In this document: piece by piece, positions 47,356 through 56,844 of the stretch
Numbering within the stretch: the stretch's first letter is position 1
Layout of the letters: each line of letters opens with the position of its first letter
Assembly: GCA_964603615.1 (NCBI GenBank)
Contig: CAZRVU010000001.1
Span: 1,954-65,953 of the forward strand
Length of the DNA stretch: 64,000 nucleotides
Direction of reading: 5' to 3'
DNA from: an uncultured Desulfovibrionaceae bacterium
GTDB lineage: Bacteria; Bacillota; Dethiobacteria; DTU022; UBA8154
The notes under the pieces: generated by a model
Databases searched by the model: none
What the model was told of the DNA's origin: nothing
The model's input: only the letters and a program-made list of their open reading frames with translations
Made by a program: the position numbers and the translations under genes

Positions 47356-47778
47356 TTGGAGGTGGTCAAGAAAATGGTTGAGCATCCAATTCAAGGACTA
47401 ATGGTTACCGCTATGGAGAATCTCAAAGAAATGGCCGATGTGACGAAAGTGGTTGGCGATGCAGTGGAGACCCCGGATGGCCATGTGATCATTCCTGTAT
47501 CCAGGGTAACGCTTGGTTTTGTGACCGGGGGATCGGAATTTGAGGATGGTGAAACAGAAAGGCATAAGCTTCCCCCTGAACAACGCAATATTTTCCCTTT
47601 TGGTGGGGGTAGTGGCGGAGGGGTGACGATCCATCCGGTAGCTTTTTTAGTTGTGAGTGCTACAGAAGTAAGGCTTTTGCCGGTGGACCGCAATGCTATT
47701 TTTGATCGCTTAATCGATCTTGCTCCTCAGGTTTTACAGCATATTCAAGAGTTCCTCCAGCCGGAAAGCATAAAATAA
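47356..47778 (+). CDS. ytfJ: GerW/YtfJ family sporulation protein
   Basis: 140 aa with the GGGSGGGV glycine-rich loop typical of the family. Confidence 0.7.
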   Translation: MEVVKKMVEHPIQGLMVTAMENLKEMADVTKVVGDAVETPDGHVIIPVSRVTLGFVTGGSEFEDGETERHKLPPEQRNIFPFGGGSGGGVTIHPVAFLVVSATEVRLLPVDRNAIFDRLIDLAPQVLQHIQEFLQPESIK

Positions 47779-47868
47779 TATTTTGACGAATAAATATCGT
47801 AATAAAAGTTATTGCAGAGGCTGTGTTTTCAATAGAAAAAAATCATTATCAGCTCCGGCGGAGGATTA

Positions 47869-49020
47869 ATGCGAAAACTTATCCTTGTTCGCAGTAAAAG
47901 CACCCTTTTTTTTATTTGCTTGTGCGCGTTTCAGCTCATTTATTTATTTCATCCAGGGATCATCTTTGGTGCGGAGCCGGTGGATATATCAGCTAAAGCA
48001 GCTCTGGTTTTGGACTGGAACAGCGGTAGAATTCTTTATGCCAGGGAGCCTCACTTACCTCTTCCCATGGCCAGCACAACTAAAATAATGACTGCCCTGC
48101 TTGCCCTGGAAGAAGGATCACTACAAGATGTTGTCACAGTTAGTGCACTTGCTGCACAGACCGGTGGTTCTTCTATCTGGTTGGAAGAAGGAGAAAGCAA
48201 AACCTTGGAAGAGCTGCTTTACGGCTTAATGTTGCGTTCGGGCAACGATGCTGCAGTTGCTATTGCTGAATATATCTCTGGCAGTGTGGATTCTTTTGCG
48301 CAGCTAATGACATGCAGGGCAAAAGAACTAGGTGCCCAAAATACTGTTTTTAGAAACCCCCATGGTTTACACCATTCCCAGCATTATAGCACTGCCTATG
48401 ATCTGGCCCTTTTTTCTGCCCGGGCTATGGGAATGGAAGAATTTCGCCGCATCATTGCCACGCCCAGTATTTTAATTTCCTGGCCCGGTCAGCCCTGGGA
48501 TCGTTGTTTATATAACCAAAACAAATTACTTGAACTTTATCAGGGAGCAGAAGGAATTAAAACCGGTTGGACAACACCTGCCGGACGCTGTTTTATCGGT
48601 GCAGCCTGCCGGGGCAAACGCCGGCTTATCTCCGTTGTTTTGAATGCACCACAGATGTGGGAAGATACTGTATCGTTACTTGATTTTGGTTTTCAAAATT
48701 TTTGCTATACTTGCCTTATTCGTCAAGGGCAGTATTTAAAATCGGCTGCGGTATCCGGGGGCACGTGCGAAAAAATAAAAGTAACGGCGGCCGACAGTTT
48801 TTACTATCCCTTATTGGAAAACGAAGAGGAAAAGGTCACCTACCGCCATCTTTTAAAGGGGCCTTATAGGGCTCCCCTTAAGCAGGGGGAGAAAATAGGG
48901 GAGTTAGAAATCTACTTGAACGAAGAAAAAATCGGGACCATTAATTTATTGGCTGGCCAGGCTATAGAAAAAATTAGTTTTTGGCAGCGGTTGCAAAAGA
49001 AGCTAAAAAGGGGAGGATGA
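47869..49020 (+). CDS. dacB: D-alanyl-D-alanine carboxypeptidase DacB (sporulation)
   Basis: Signal peptide; SxxK MASTTKIMT; SGN; KTG; followed by spmA-spmB as in Bacillus. Confidence 0.8.
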   Translation: MRKLILVRSKSTLFFICLCAFQLIYLFHPGIIFGAEPVDISAKAALVLDWNSGRILYAREPHLPLPMASTTKIMTALLALEEGSLQDVVTVSALAAQTGGSSIWLEEGESKTLEELLYGLMLRSGNDAAVAIAEYISGSVDSFAQLMTCRAKELGAQNTVFRNPHGLHHSQHYSTAYDLALFSARAMGMEEFRRIIATPSILISWPGQPWDRCLYNQNKLLELYQGAEGIKTGWTTPAGRCFIGAACRGKRRLISVVLNAPQMWEDTVSLLDFGFQNFCYTCLIRQGQYLKSAAVSGGTCEKIKVTAADSFYYPLLENEEEKVTYRHLLKGPYRAPLKQGEKIGELEIYLNEEKIGTINLLAGQAIEKISFWQRLQKKLKRGG

Positions 49021-49021
49021 T

Positions 49022-49663
49022 GTGGTCAATTTACTATGGGCCGGCATGATTGTCGTATCGATCCTCATTGCTGCCCTGAATGGTAGGATGGAGATTATTA
49101 CCCCTTCGATCTTTGCTTCTGCGGAAAAGGGTGTAAATATTGTTTTTGGTTTGATCAGTGTTCTTGTTTTCTGGCTAGGGATGATGAAGATCATTGAAAG
49201 ATCAGGCTTGATCCGCATTGTAGTTTTCCTCCTTAAACCGCTGGCGCATTGGTTATTGCCAGGGGTTCCCCGTAATCACCGGGCAATGAGCGCCATACTG
49301 ATGAACATGGGCGCCAATCTTTTGGGCATGGGCAATGCTGCAACGCCTTTTGGCATTAAAGCCATGAAGGAGCTGCAAAGCCTAAACAGCAGCCCGGATA
49401 CGGCAACAGATGATATGTGTACTTTTCTGGCCCTGAATACCGCCAGCTTTACCCTTGTTCCTACTTCAATTATTGCCATCCGGGCTGCGGCTGGAGCACA
49501 AAATCCGGCGGATGTGATCGGAACCACAATAGTTGCCACCTTTTGCTCGGCAGCGGTGGCCATCTTAAGCGATCGCTTTTTTCGCTATTATGGGCGTTAT
49601 AAAAAACGCAGGCAAGTGTTCAGCAGTATGGTGAAAAAAAACGGATCTATCCCCAGAGAATGA
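49022..49663 (+). CDS. spmA: Spore maturation protein A
   Basis: Nucleoside-transporter-like membrane protein in the dacB-spmA-spmB arrangement. Confidence 0.8.
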   Translation: MVNLLWAGMIVVSILIAALNGRMEIITPSIFASAEKGVNIVFGLISVLVFWLGMMKIIERSGLIRIVVFLLKPLAHWLLPGVPRNHRAMSAILMNMGANLLGMGNAATPFGIKAMKELQSLNSSPDTATDDMCTFLALNTASFTLVPTSIIAIRAAAGAQNPADVIGTTIVATFCSAAVAILSDRFFRYYGRYKKRRQVFSSMVKKNGSIPRE

Positions 49664-50199
49664 ACTTGCTTTTGATTTTTAATACCATTTCCAACTGGAT
49701 AGTGCCGGTTTTGATCCTGCTGGTGTTATTATTTGGTTATCTGCGGGGAGTGAAGGTATTTGAAGCTTTTGTAGAGGGAGCCAAAGAAGGTTTGGGCATG
49801 TCGGTCCGTTTGCTTCCTTTTCTTGTGGGTATGATGGTGGCTATCGGTTTATTCCGGGAAAGCGGTGCCCTGGAAGCATTGACTTTGGTTTTTAACCCAA
49901 TTTTACGTTTTACCGGTATTCCTGTTGATGTGCTTCCTCTGGCACTGATGCGTCCCCTTTCTGGTAGTGGTGCCCTGGCCATTGCTGTAGAGATGATGAA
50001 TACTTTTGGACCCGATTCCCTTCTGGGGCGTATGGCGGCAACGATGCAAGGCAGCACGGATACCACCCTTTTTGTGCTAACAGTTTATTTTGGTTCTGTT
50101 GGCATCCAAAAGACGCGTCATGCCCTGGTTGCAGGCCTCTTGGGTGATCTGGCCGGCCTGTTGGCGGCCATTTTTATCTGCCGGATGGTTTTTACTTAA
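49660..50199 (+). CDS. spmB: Spore maturation protein B
   Basis: Paralogous membrane protein overlapping the spmA stop. Confidence 0.8.
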   Translation: MNLLLIFNTISNWIVPVLILLVLLFGYLRGVKVFEAFVEGAKEGLGMSVRLLPFLVGMMVAIGLFRESGALEALTLVFNPILRFTGIPVDVLPLALMRPLSGSGALAIAVEMMNTFGPDSLLGRMAATMQGSTDTTLFVLTVYFGSVGIQKTRHALVAGLLGDLAGLLAAIFICRMVFT

Positions 50200-50202
50200 A
50201 TT

Positions 50203-50958
50203 ATGTATTATAATCTAAATACCATGAACTCTTTGATCAGGTTGCAAAAATATTTAGCAGAGGCAGGTCTTGCCTCACGGCGTGGTGCAGAAAAAATGAT
50301 TGTAGCCGGCCGGGTAAAAGTAAACGGTCAACTGGTAAAAAAATTAGGAACGAAAATAAATTCTGCCAGGGATAGCGTGGAAGTTGATTCTTTACCCGTG
50401 TTGTCATTACCGGAAAAAAAATATTACTTGTTGCATAAGCCGGCCGGTTTCCTAACGACTGTGCAAGATCCCCGGGGGCGACCCACGATCATGGACTTGT
50501 TGCCGGAAAAGGTTAAAAAAGGACTATTCCCCGTGGGCAGGCTGGATCGGGATACCGGGGGCTTGCTTCTTCTGACCAATGATGGCCAACTGGCTTTTCG
50601 TCTTACACACCCCAGCTTTGAAGTGGAAAAAAGGTACCTGGCCCTCGTTCGCGGGATCCCTTCTGCGGAGGACTTGCAAAAATTTGCGCAAGGAATAGTG
50701 TTGGCCGGGATACGGACCTCCCCGGCACAAGCAAAAATAACCTCTGTCAGGGGTGGGAACGCTTTACTTTCCATCACCTTGCACGAGGGTAAAAAACGGC
50801 AGGTAAAACGCATGTGCTCAGCTTTGGGATACCCCGTTCTTACTTTGAAGAGGGTTTCTTTTGCCTTTTTGAATTTACAAGGGCTACCTCCTCATGCCCT
50901 TAGGGCTTTAACGGTAAAAGAAGTCGATGGGCTCTACTCTTTGGTAGGACTAAGCTAA
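50203..50958 (+). CDS. rluB: rRNA pseudouridine synthase (RluB/RsuA family)
   Basis: S4 domain N-terminus and catalytic region GRLDRDTGGLLLLTNDG. Confidence 0.85.
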   Translation: MYYNLNTMNSLIRLQKYLAEAGLASRRGAEKMIVAGRVKVNGQLVKKLGTKINSARDSVEVDSLPVLSLPEKKYYLLHKPAGFLTTVQDPRGRPTIMDLLPEKVKKGLFPVGRLDRDTGGLLLLTNDGQLAFRLTHPSFEVEKRYLALVRGIPSAEDLQKFAQGIVLAGIRTSPAQAKITSVRGGNALLSITLHEGKKRQVKRMCSALGYPVLTLKRVSFAFLNLQGLPPHALRALTVKEVDGLYSLVGLS

Positions 50959-50990
50959 AAGGAGGATTTAAGATCAATCAACAGAAACTT

Positions 50991-51599
50991 ATGCAAAGGA
51001 TATTTTTGGTACGACATGGTGAAACGGATTGGAATCGGCAGTTGCGTATTCAGGGAAAGGAAAACATCCCTTTAAATAAAAAAGGCCGTGAACAGGCGCA
51101 AAAAATTTCCCGTTATCTCAGCCCCACGAATTTTTCGGCAATCTTCTCCAGTCCGCTGGCCAGGGCCTGGGAAACATCCCAAATTATTGCTGCTGAACAT
51201 AGTTTAATCCCCGCCGCCGTTGATGATTTGGCTGAAGTTGACTTTGGCAATTTGGAAGGAAAAACGTACGGGGAGATGAATGAGCCAGAGCGTGCCAAAA
51301 TGGAACAATGGTTGTCAAATCCCGGTTTAAATGCTATTCCCGGCGGAGAATCGTTGGAAGAATTCCGGCAAAGAGCGGAGAGTTGCTATAAAAAAATTTT
51401 GGACAACCATTCGGATGGAAACCTTGTCATCGTTACTCATGCAGGAACGATCAGGGTATTGGTAGCCGGTATGCTGGGGGTTCCTCTAGCTAATATTACC
51501 CGTCTAAAATTGGAACCGACTTCTTTGACGATTATTCTTTATGATGATTGGAAAAACCCTTATTTAGAGTTATTCAATGGTGCCTACCACCTGGCTTAA
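50991..51599 (+). CDS. Histidine phosphatase (PGM/CobC-like) family protein
   Basis: RHGETDWN catalytic motif at the N-terminus. Confidence 0.7.
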   Translation: MQRIFLVRHGETDWNRQLRIQGKENIPLNKKGREQAQKISRYLSPTNFSAIFSSPLARAWETSQIIAAEHSLIPAAVDDLAEVDFGNLEGKTYGEMNEPERAKMEQWLSNPGLNAIPGGESLEEFRQRAESCYKKILDNHSDGNLVIVTHAGTIRVLVAGMLGVPLANITRLKLEPTSLTIILYDDWKNPYLELFNGAYHLA

Positions 51600-51773
51600 A
51601 AAATGAATTTTTAAGGAGCAGGAAAAGGTGCTGTTTTAGCGAATTAAATTAACAATATTAGGTAAAATAAAGATGCTTTTTATGTGGTTGTTCAGTTTTA
51701 TGTAATTTTATGGCCATCTTGGACGTTAGCAGCAGGGGATCTTTACAATATTAACAGGGGGGAGGAGCGTTTG

Positions 51774-52268
51774 ATGTTTAGGTCCGGGTTTGATTCCCGT
51801 GAGAAAGAAGTGAAAGAAACGCTGGCGGAAACAATGGAACCCCGGAAGAGGATAAAAATTAAAGTGAGGTTCGATTATAAAGGGAAACCAAAACCGGCAC
51901 GGTTTTTTTTCGGTGGTAAAAAAACAGAAGATGTCGCCCAGGAATACCGGGAACAACAGATTGCCCGCTGGAGGAATATTCCTTTCCAGGGTATTGTTGT
52001 GGAAAAGATTGATCCTGGAGAGATATACAATGTCTATGATGAAGAGATGGCTGAAGAAGTAGCCTATGCCCCCCTGGAGTTATTGATTTTTGCGGATTCC
52101 TTGGAAGATTTGCTGCGTTTAGTTTTTAAGGAGGAGTTCAGGCGCATTGAAATTTTAGAACCGGACAGTATCTTGCTCTTGAATAAAGAAATTGAAAAGC
52201 TGTTTTTTAGAATGAATGAATTTTTAAAAACCAAACTTTTGTTTATTTCCAAGGATTTAAACCGTTAA
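51774..52268 (+). CDS. Hypothetical protein (164 aa, charged, no recognised domain)
   Basis: ATG after strong RBS AGGGGGGAGGAG; the upstream extension in the ORF track lacks an RBS. Confidence 0.45.
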   Translation: MFRSGFDSREKEVKETLAETMEPRKRIKIKVRFDYKGKPKPARFFFGGKKTEDVAQEYREQQIARWRNIPFQGIVVEKIDPGEIYNVYDEEMAEEVAYAPLELLIFADSLEDLLRLVFKEEFRRIEILEPDSILLLNKEIEKLFFRMNEFLKTKLLFISKDLNR

Positions 52269-52291
52269 ATTAATGTTTTGAAAAGAGTATT

Positions 52292-52337
52292 AAAGCCCCC
52301 CTATTGCATAAAAATATAGGTAAAGGGGGCTTTTTTA
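52292..52337 (+). terminator. Terminator candidate (AAAGCCCCC ... GGGGGCTTT + T6)
   Basis: 9-bp stem with a long loop that can pair further, followed by TTTTTT. Confidence 0.5.
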
Positions 52338-52338
52338 G

Positions 52339-52860
52339 ATGGGTTTCGATAAATGGTTGCAACGTTTTGTAACCAATATGGAAAAAATCATTTTCAGGAC
52401 AACTTTAATTTTTGTTGTTTTACTTTTTATAGTGCAGGCTATGCTTTTAAATGGAGACCTGCGTACAATTTTTAGCAAAACCGATCAATTGGAGGGGAAA
52501 CCCCTGGGGAGCACACAAGATGTGTTCAGCAGAAAAGTAATTGAGAAGGAACAGGCAGCACTTTCCCCCAGGGGAAAAGAAGAAGCCAGCCTGGAGTTGG
52601 CCTTGATCCCCCCGCCCGATATTTTTCCGGAGCTGTTTTTATTGCTGAATAATGAAATAGTCGGATCTTGGCAAAAAAACAACAATTTACGGGTAAACGT
52701 AAGGCCTGGCGACCTACTGGAGATAGCGGGAGAAGTGCCCGGGGGGATACCCGCGACGATAGAAGTGGTAGAGGTTTACGGAAATTTAAAGGCACCCAAA
52801 AAGGGGTATGCGATCCAAACTTTTGGGGAAAGGGAGTTTTTAGCCTGGATTATTCCTTAA
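52339..52860 (+). CDS. Hypothetical membrane-anchored protein (173 aa)
   Basis: One N-terminal TM (TLIFVVLLFIVQAMLL) then a soluble domain; start uncertain because it abuts the terminator. Confidence 0.4.
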   Translation: MGFDKWLQRFVTNMEKIIFRTTLIFVVLLFIVQAMLLNGDLRTIFSKTDQLEGKPLGSTQDVFSRKVIEKEQAALSPRGKEEASLELALIPPPDIFPELFLLLNNEIVGSWQKNNNLRVNVRPGDLLEIAGEVPGGIPATIEVVEVYGNLKAPKKGYAIQTFGEREFLAWIIP

Positions 52861-53208
52861 ATAGATAAAAATTTAATCTAAGGGTTGTCAAATGGAACCT
52901 AATAGTATATTATTGCTTACAGAAGGTCTTTTCTTTGGGGTGGTAAAAAGGTGTTCGGTGGAAGGTTGGGGTTTTGAAGGTGGTTGTCGATTCATCTTTA
53001 AGCCGGAAAAAATATTTGAGTCATAAAAAATGTTTGCCTACAGGGGGTAGATATTGTCTTTCCTTGCAGGTGAAAAATGTCATTATATACCCGGCCGGGT
53101 TCTTCTCTGGTTGTCTTTGTGCAAACGGAATACCAGGGAGCATCCGGCGTATTTGTTTTGAAAAGATAATTGGTTAAAACAAATACAGGAGCAGCGGGGT
53201 GATTTTTT

Positions 53209-53883
53209 ATGCAGATTGCTATTGACGGTCCTGCAGGGGCCGGCAAGAGCAGCGTGGCCAAGGAAGTGGCGCGCCGGTTAGGTTTAAAATGCTTGGATAC
53301 AGGAGCTATGTACCGGGCTATTACTTTACAAGCTTTAAAAGAGGGCGTAGATCTTAATGATGATCAACTGCTGGGCGAGCTGACCCGCCGTTGCCGGCTG
53401 GAGATAAAAATTGATGAAGAAATGAATACACTTATTTACCTGGAGGGCGAGGATGTTACGGAGGCAATCCGGAACACAAAGATTAACCAACATGTTTCTC
53501 TCGTTGCTTGCTCCTCCGAACTGAGAAAAGAACTGGTTTTGCTCCAAAGGGAAATAGCTGAAAAAAGCAAAGGAATAATTATGGAAGGTAGGGATATCGG
53601 CTCAAATGTTTTGCTAGATGCCGATTATAAGTTTTTTTTGGATGCTAGCCCGGAAGAACGGGCCCGGCGGCGCTGGCTAGAAATGAAAGAAAAAGGGCTG
53701 GTAGTTAGTTTTAACAATGTCTTAAAAGAAATTACCAACCGGGATCGCCTTGATCGCGGTAGAAAAGAGGCACCGCTAGAGATAGCCTCTGGCGCTGAAG
53801 TGATCGACACGACTGTTTATAGTTTACCAGAGGTTATTGAAAAAGTGCTTGCCTCGGTACAGGGTTTAGATTGTAGGGATTAG
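53209..53883 (+). CDS. cmk: Cytidylate kinase
   Basis: P-loop IAIDGPAGAGKSS. Confidence 0.9.
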   Translation: MQIAIDGPAGAGKSSVAKEVARRLGLKCLDTGAMYRAITLQALKEGVDLNDDQLLGELTRRCRLEIKIDEEMNTLIYLEGEDVTEAIRNTKINQHVSLVACSSELRKELVLLQREIAEKSKGIIMEGRDIGSNVLLDADYKFFLDASPEERARRRWLEMKEKGLVVSFNNVLKEITNRDRLDRGRKEAPLEIASGAEVIDTTVYSLPEVIEKVLASVQGLDCRD

Positions 53884-53884
53884 A

Positions 53885-54460
53885 ATGTTCTATCATTTTG
53901 TGCGGTCTATTTTCTACGTTTACTTTAAACTGTTTTATAAATTGAAATTTGAGGGACTCCAAAATTTACCTCCACAGGGGCCATATATTATCTGTGCTAA
54001 TCATACTAGCTGGTTTGATCCCCCCCTGGTCGGGTGTTTACCTCTAAAAGGCCAGAAAATTAAATTCATGGCAAAGGAAGAACTTTTCAAGCTTTTTCTG
54101 ATCGGTCCTCTTTTTCATAAGCTGGAAGCCTTTCCGGTAAAAAGGAATAAGGCTGATCGAAGGGCGATCAGGCGTGCCTTACAGGTACTGGAAGAAGGGG
54201 GAGTTTTGGGGCTTTTCCCGGAAGGAACGAGGATACACTCTGAAGAGTTGGGAAAGCCGTATCACGGCGCAGCCCTGATTGCCTTAAAAGGCAAACAGCC
54301 TGTTTTGCCTGTCGCTATCTCTTGGCCGCCGAAGCTATTCCAACCCATTAAAATAAGTGTTGGCACTTTAATATATTTCACAGAAGGAGGTAAAATAAAG
54401 GGGGATGTCTTAGAGAAAACAAGTGCACAGATCATGGAGGGAATAAGAAAGTTACTATAA
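53885..54460 (+). CDS. plsC: 1-acyl-sn-glycerol-3-phosphate acyltransferase
   Basis: HxxxxD motif NHTSWFD and FPEGTR. Confidence 0.8.
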   Translation: MFYHFVRSIFYVYFKLFYKLKFEGLQNLPPQGPYIICANHTSWFDPPLVGCLPLKGQKIKFMAKEELFKLFLIGPLFHKLEAFPVKRNKADRRAIRRALQVLEEGGVLGLFPEGTRIHSEELGKPYHGAALIALKGKQPVLPVAISWPPKLFQPIKISVGTLIYFTEGGKIKGDVLEKTSAQIMEGIRKLL

Positions 54461-54475
54461 TGATGGGGGCATATT

Positions 54476-56527
54476 TTGTTGCAAGTTTATCTAGCGGAGT
54501 ACGCCGGTTTTTGTCAGGGAGTAAAAAATGCCCTAAAACTTACTCTTGCCGCAGTATCACAGGGAAAAAGGGTTTGTACGTTAGGCCCTTTGGTGCATAA
54601 CGACCAGGTTATAAGGTATTTGTCCGACCGGGGAGTTCAAATTGCTACCGATCCCCAGAAAATAGGAAGCGATCTTTCTGTCGTGATACGGGCACACGGC
54701 GTTTTGCCTGAAATCTACAGGTGCTTGCAGGGCCGCAAAGATATCACTATTGTTGATGCCACCTGTCCTTTTGTAAAAAGGTTACAGGAGATTGCCTGCC
54801 AATATGCCCAAAAAGATTTTAATATTTTTATTTACGGGGATCGCTCTCATCCGGAAGTACAAGCTTTATTGGGGTGGGCCGCAGGGAAAGCCAATGTAAT
54901 TGACCCGCTACAAAGCGTACTACCGGAAAAGGTTTCATTTTCCAAAGCTATTTTAATATCACAAACAACACAAAGAGAAGATGGCTTTTGGAATTTAGCT
55001 GAAAAGTTAAAGGTATTTTATCCTGAACTGGAAGTAAAAAATACTATTTGCCGGGCAACAATGCATAGGCAAAATGCAGCCGCCAAACTTGCTCCAACGG
55101 TTGATTTAATGCTCGTTGTTGGGGATCCCCGCAGTGCGAATACAAACAAATTAACTCAAGTTTGCCGCGAACTAGTAAAAACCTATCAGATTACAGAGGC
55201 CCGGGAAATCTCTGCAGAATGGCTGGTAGAAGTAAAAAGGGTAGGGGTGACTGCCGGGGCGTCAACCCCCTCCTGGACGATAAAGGAGGTTATGGCGATG
55301 ATGGAAGACGGAAAATTGGACAACTTGGAAAATACTGGAACAGAAGAGGAGTTTTCTTATCAGGAAATAAGGGATTACCGGCCTGGTGACACGGTTAAAG
55401 GAAAAGCTGTTCTAGTGGAAGAAGAGCAGATATTGGTGGATATAGGCTATAAATCTGAAGCTGTACTACCCCGCAGTGAAATAATTCTCGAAGAAGGGAT
55501 TGCACTAAAAGATAAATTTGCCGAAGGAGACGAAATTGATCTTTTGGTTCTCAGGGTTAATCAGCAAGAAGATACAATTATAGTTTCACAAAAGCGTTTG
55601 GAACGGGAAAAGCGCTGGAAGGAAATAGAAGACGCCGCTGAAACGGGAGATACGATGCAAGGTTTGGTTAAAGAAGTGGTTCCAGCGGGAATTATTGTTA
55701 ATTTAGGCAGCGGGATCGAGGGCTTTATGCCTGGCTCGCTGGTGGATGTTCGTTATATTCCTGATTTTACGCAATTTATGGGCCAGGAATTTTCTTTTAA
55801 GGTTATTGAATTAAACCGGGAAAGAGATAAAATCATTCTCTCCAGAAAACTACTATTGGAAGAAGAGGCAGAGAAACAAAAAAAAGAGGTATTAAGCAAT
55901 TTAAAAGAAGACGAAATAATTACGGGGACTGTCAAAAGGTTGACAGACTTTGGTGCCTTTGTTGACGTTGGAGGTATAGATGGACTGGTGCATATCTCCG
56001 AAGTATCCTGGCAAAGGGTTGGACATCCCCAGGAGGTGCTAAAGGTAGGAGAAGAGGTCCAGGTTAAGGTATTAGAAGTGATCCCGGAAAGGGAGCGGAT
56101 CAGTTTGAGTATCCGAAGGACCCAGTTGGATCCCTGGACGAGGATCGATAAAGAATACCAGGTGGGGGAAATTATCAGTGGCCGGGTCACCAGGATCGTT
56201 AATTTTGGTGCTTTCGTGGAGCTAATCCCCGGAGCAGAGGGGCTGGTCCACATTTCCCAGATGGCTGACTTTCATGTGACACATCCGTCCGAAATTATCC
56301 GGGAAGGGGAAGAAGTAGAAGCCAAAATCCTGGATATCAATATAGAAAATAAAAGAATTAGCCTGAGCATGAAAAAAGCGCGTCCCGCCACCCGCGATTT
56401 TTCGCCACCTGTTGAACAGGAAAGTGAAAATCAAAATGTAACTTTAGGGGATGTTTTCGGGGATTTATTTAATAACAATAATATTGGTAAAGTTGAAGAT
56501 AAAGAGGAGGAGCCAACAGAGGAATAA
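54476..56527 (+). CDS. ispH: Fusion protein: 4-hydroxy-3-methylbut-2-enyl diphosphate reductase (IspH/LytB) + four S1 RNA-binding repeats (ribosomal protein S1-like)
   Basis: N-terminal ~280 aa IspH with three conserved Cys regions; C-terminal ~400 aa with repeated S1 motifs (GxV..I..FGAFV.. G..GLVHISE). Confidence 0.85.
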   Translation: MLQVYLAEYAGFCQGVKNALKLTLAAVSQGKRVCTLGPLVHNDQVIRYLSDRGVQIATDPQKIGSDLSVVIRAHGVLPEIYRCLQGRKDITIVDATCPFVKRLQEIACQYAQKDFNIFIYGDRSHPEVQALLGWAAGKANVIDPLQSVLPEKVSFSKAILISQTTQREDGFWNLAEKLKVFYPELEVKNTICRATMHRQNAAAKLAPTVDLMLVVGDPRSANTNKLTQVCRELVKTYQITEAREISAEWLVEVKRVGVTAGASTPSWTIKEVMAMMEDGKLDNLENTGTEEEFSYQEIRDYRPGDTVKGKAVLVEEEQILVDIGYKSEAVLPRSEIILEEGIALKDKFAEGDEIDLLVLRVNQQEDTIIVSQKRLEREKRWKEIEDAAETGDTMQGLVKEVVPAGIIVNLGSGIEGFMPGSLVDVRYIPDFTQFMGQEFSFKVIELNRERDKIILSRKLLLEEEAEKQKKEVLSNLKEDEIITGTVKRLTDFGAFVDVGGIDGLVHISEVSWQRVGHPQEVLKVGEEVQVKVLEVIPERERISLSIRRTQLDPWTRIDKEYQVGEIISGRVTRIVNFGAFVELIPGAEGLVHISQMADFHVTHPSEIIREGEEVEAKILDINIENKRISLSMKKARPATRDFSPPVEQESENQNVTLGDVFGDLFNNNNIGKVEDKEEEPTEE

Positions 56528-56651
56528 ATAGACTTAGTTGCAATCTACTAATAAAATCAGGGCAGCGTTTTAAATATATTTTGTAAATATGTAATTGCTT
56601 AGTCTTTATAATCCTGAACGCTAGCGCAGGATTTAGCGAAGGATTCCTTGG

Positions 56652-56677
56652 CCGGGCTCACAATGAGCCCGGTTTTT
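56652..56677 (+). terminator. Rho-independent terminator (CCGGGCTCA-CAA-TGAGCCCGG + T5)
   Basis: Perfect 9-bp GC-rich stem, 3-nt loop, TTTTT. Confidence 0.6.
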
Positions 56678-56844
56678 ATATCTGCGCCCGCAAAGGTTTT
56701 ACCAATTCTTTTTTTGCGGGGAATATTTTGGGTAAAGGGAGCTTATATCCCCTCTGAATAACAATATCCATACGGGTTATTCTAGGGGGGTAAAAAGTCT
56801 TTTTAGGAGGGCTTTAAAATTAAAAAACAGGAGGACAAAAATAC

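Noticed and set aside
52974-53261. 67-aa + and 87-aa - ORFs in the spacer upstream of cmk
   Set aside because: They mutually overlap, are Cys/Gly-rich with odd composition, and lack convincing RBSs.
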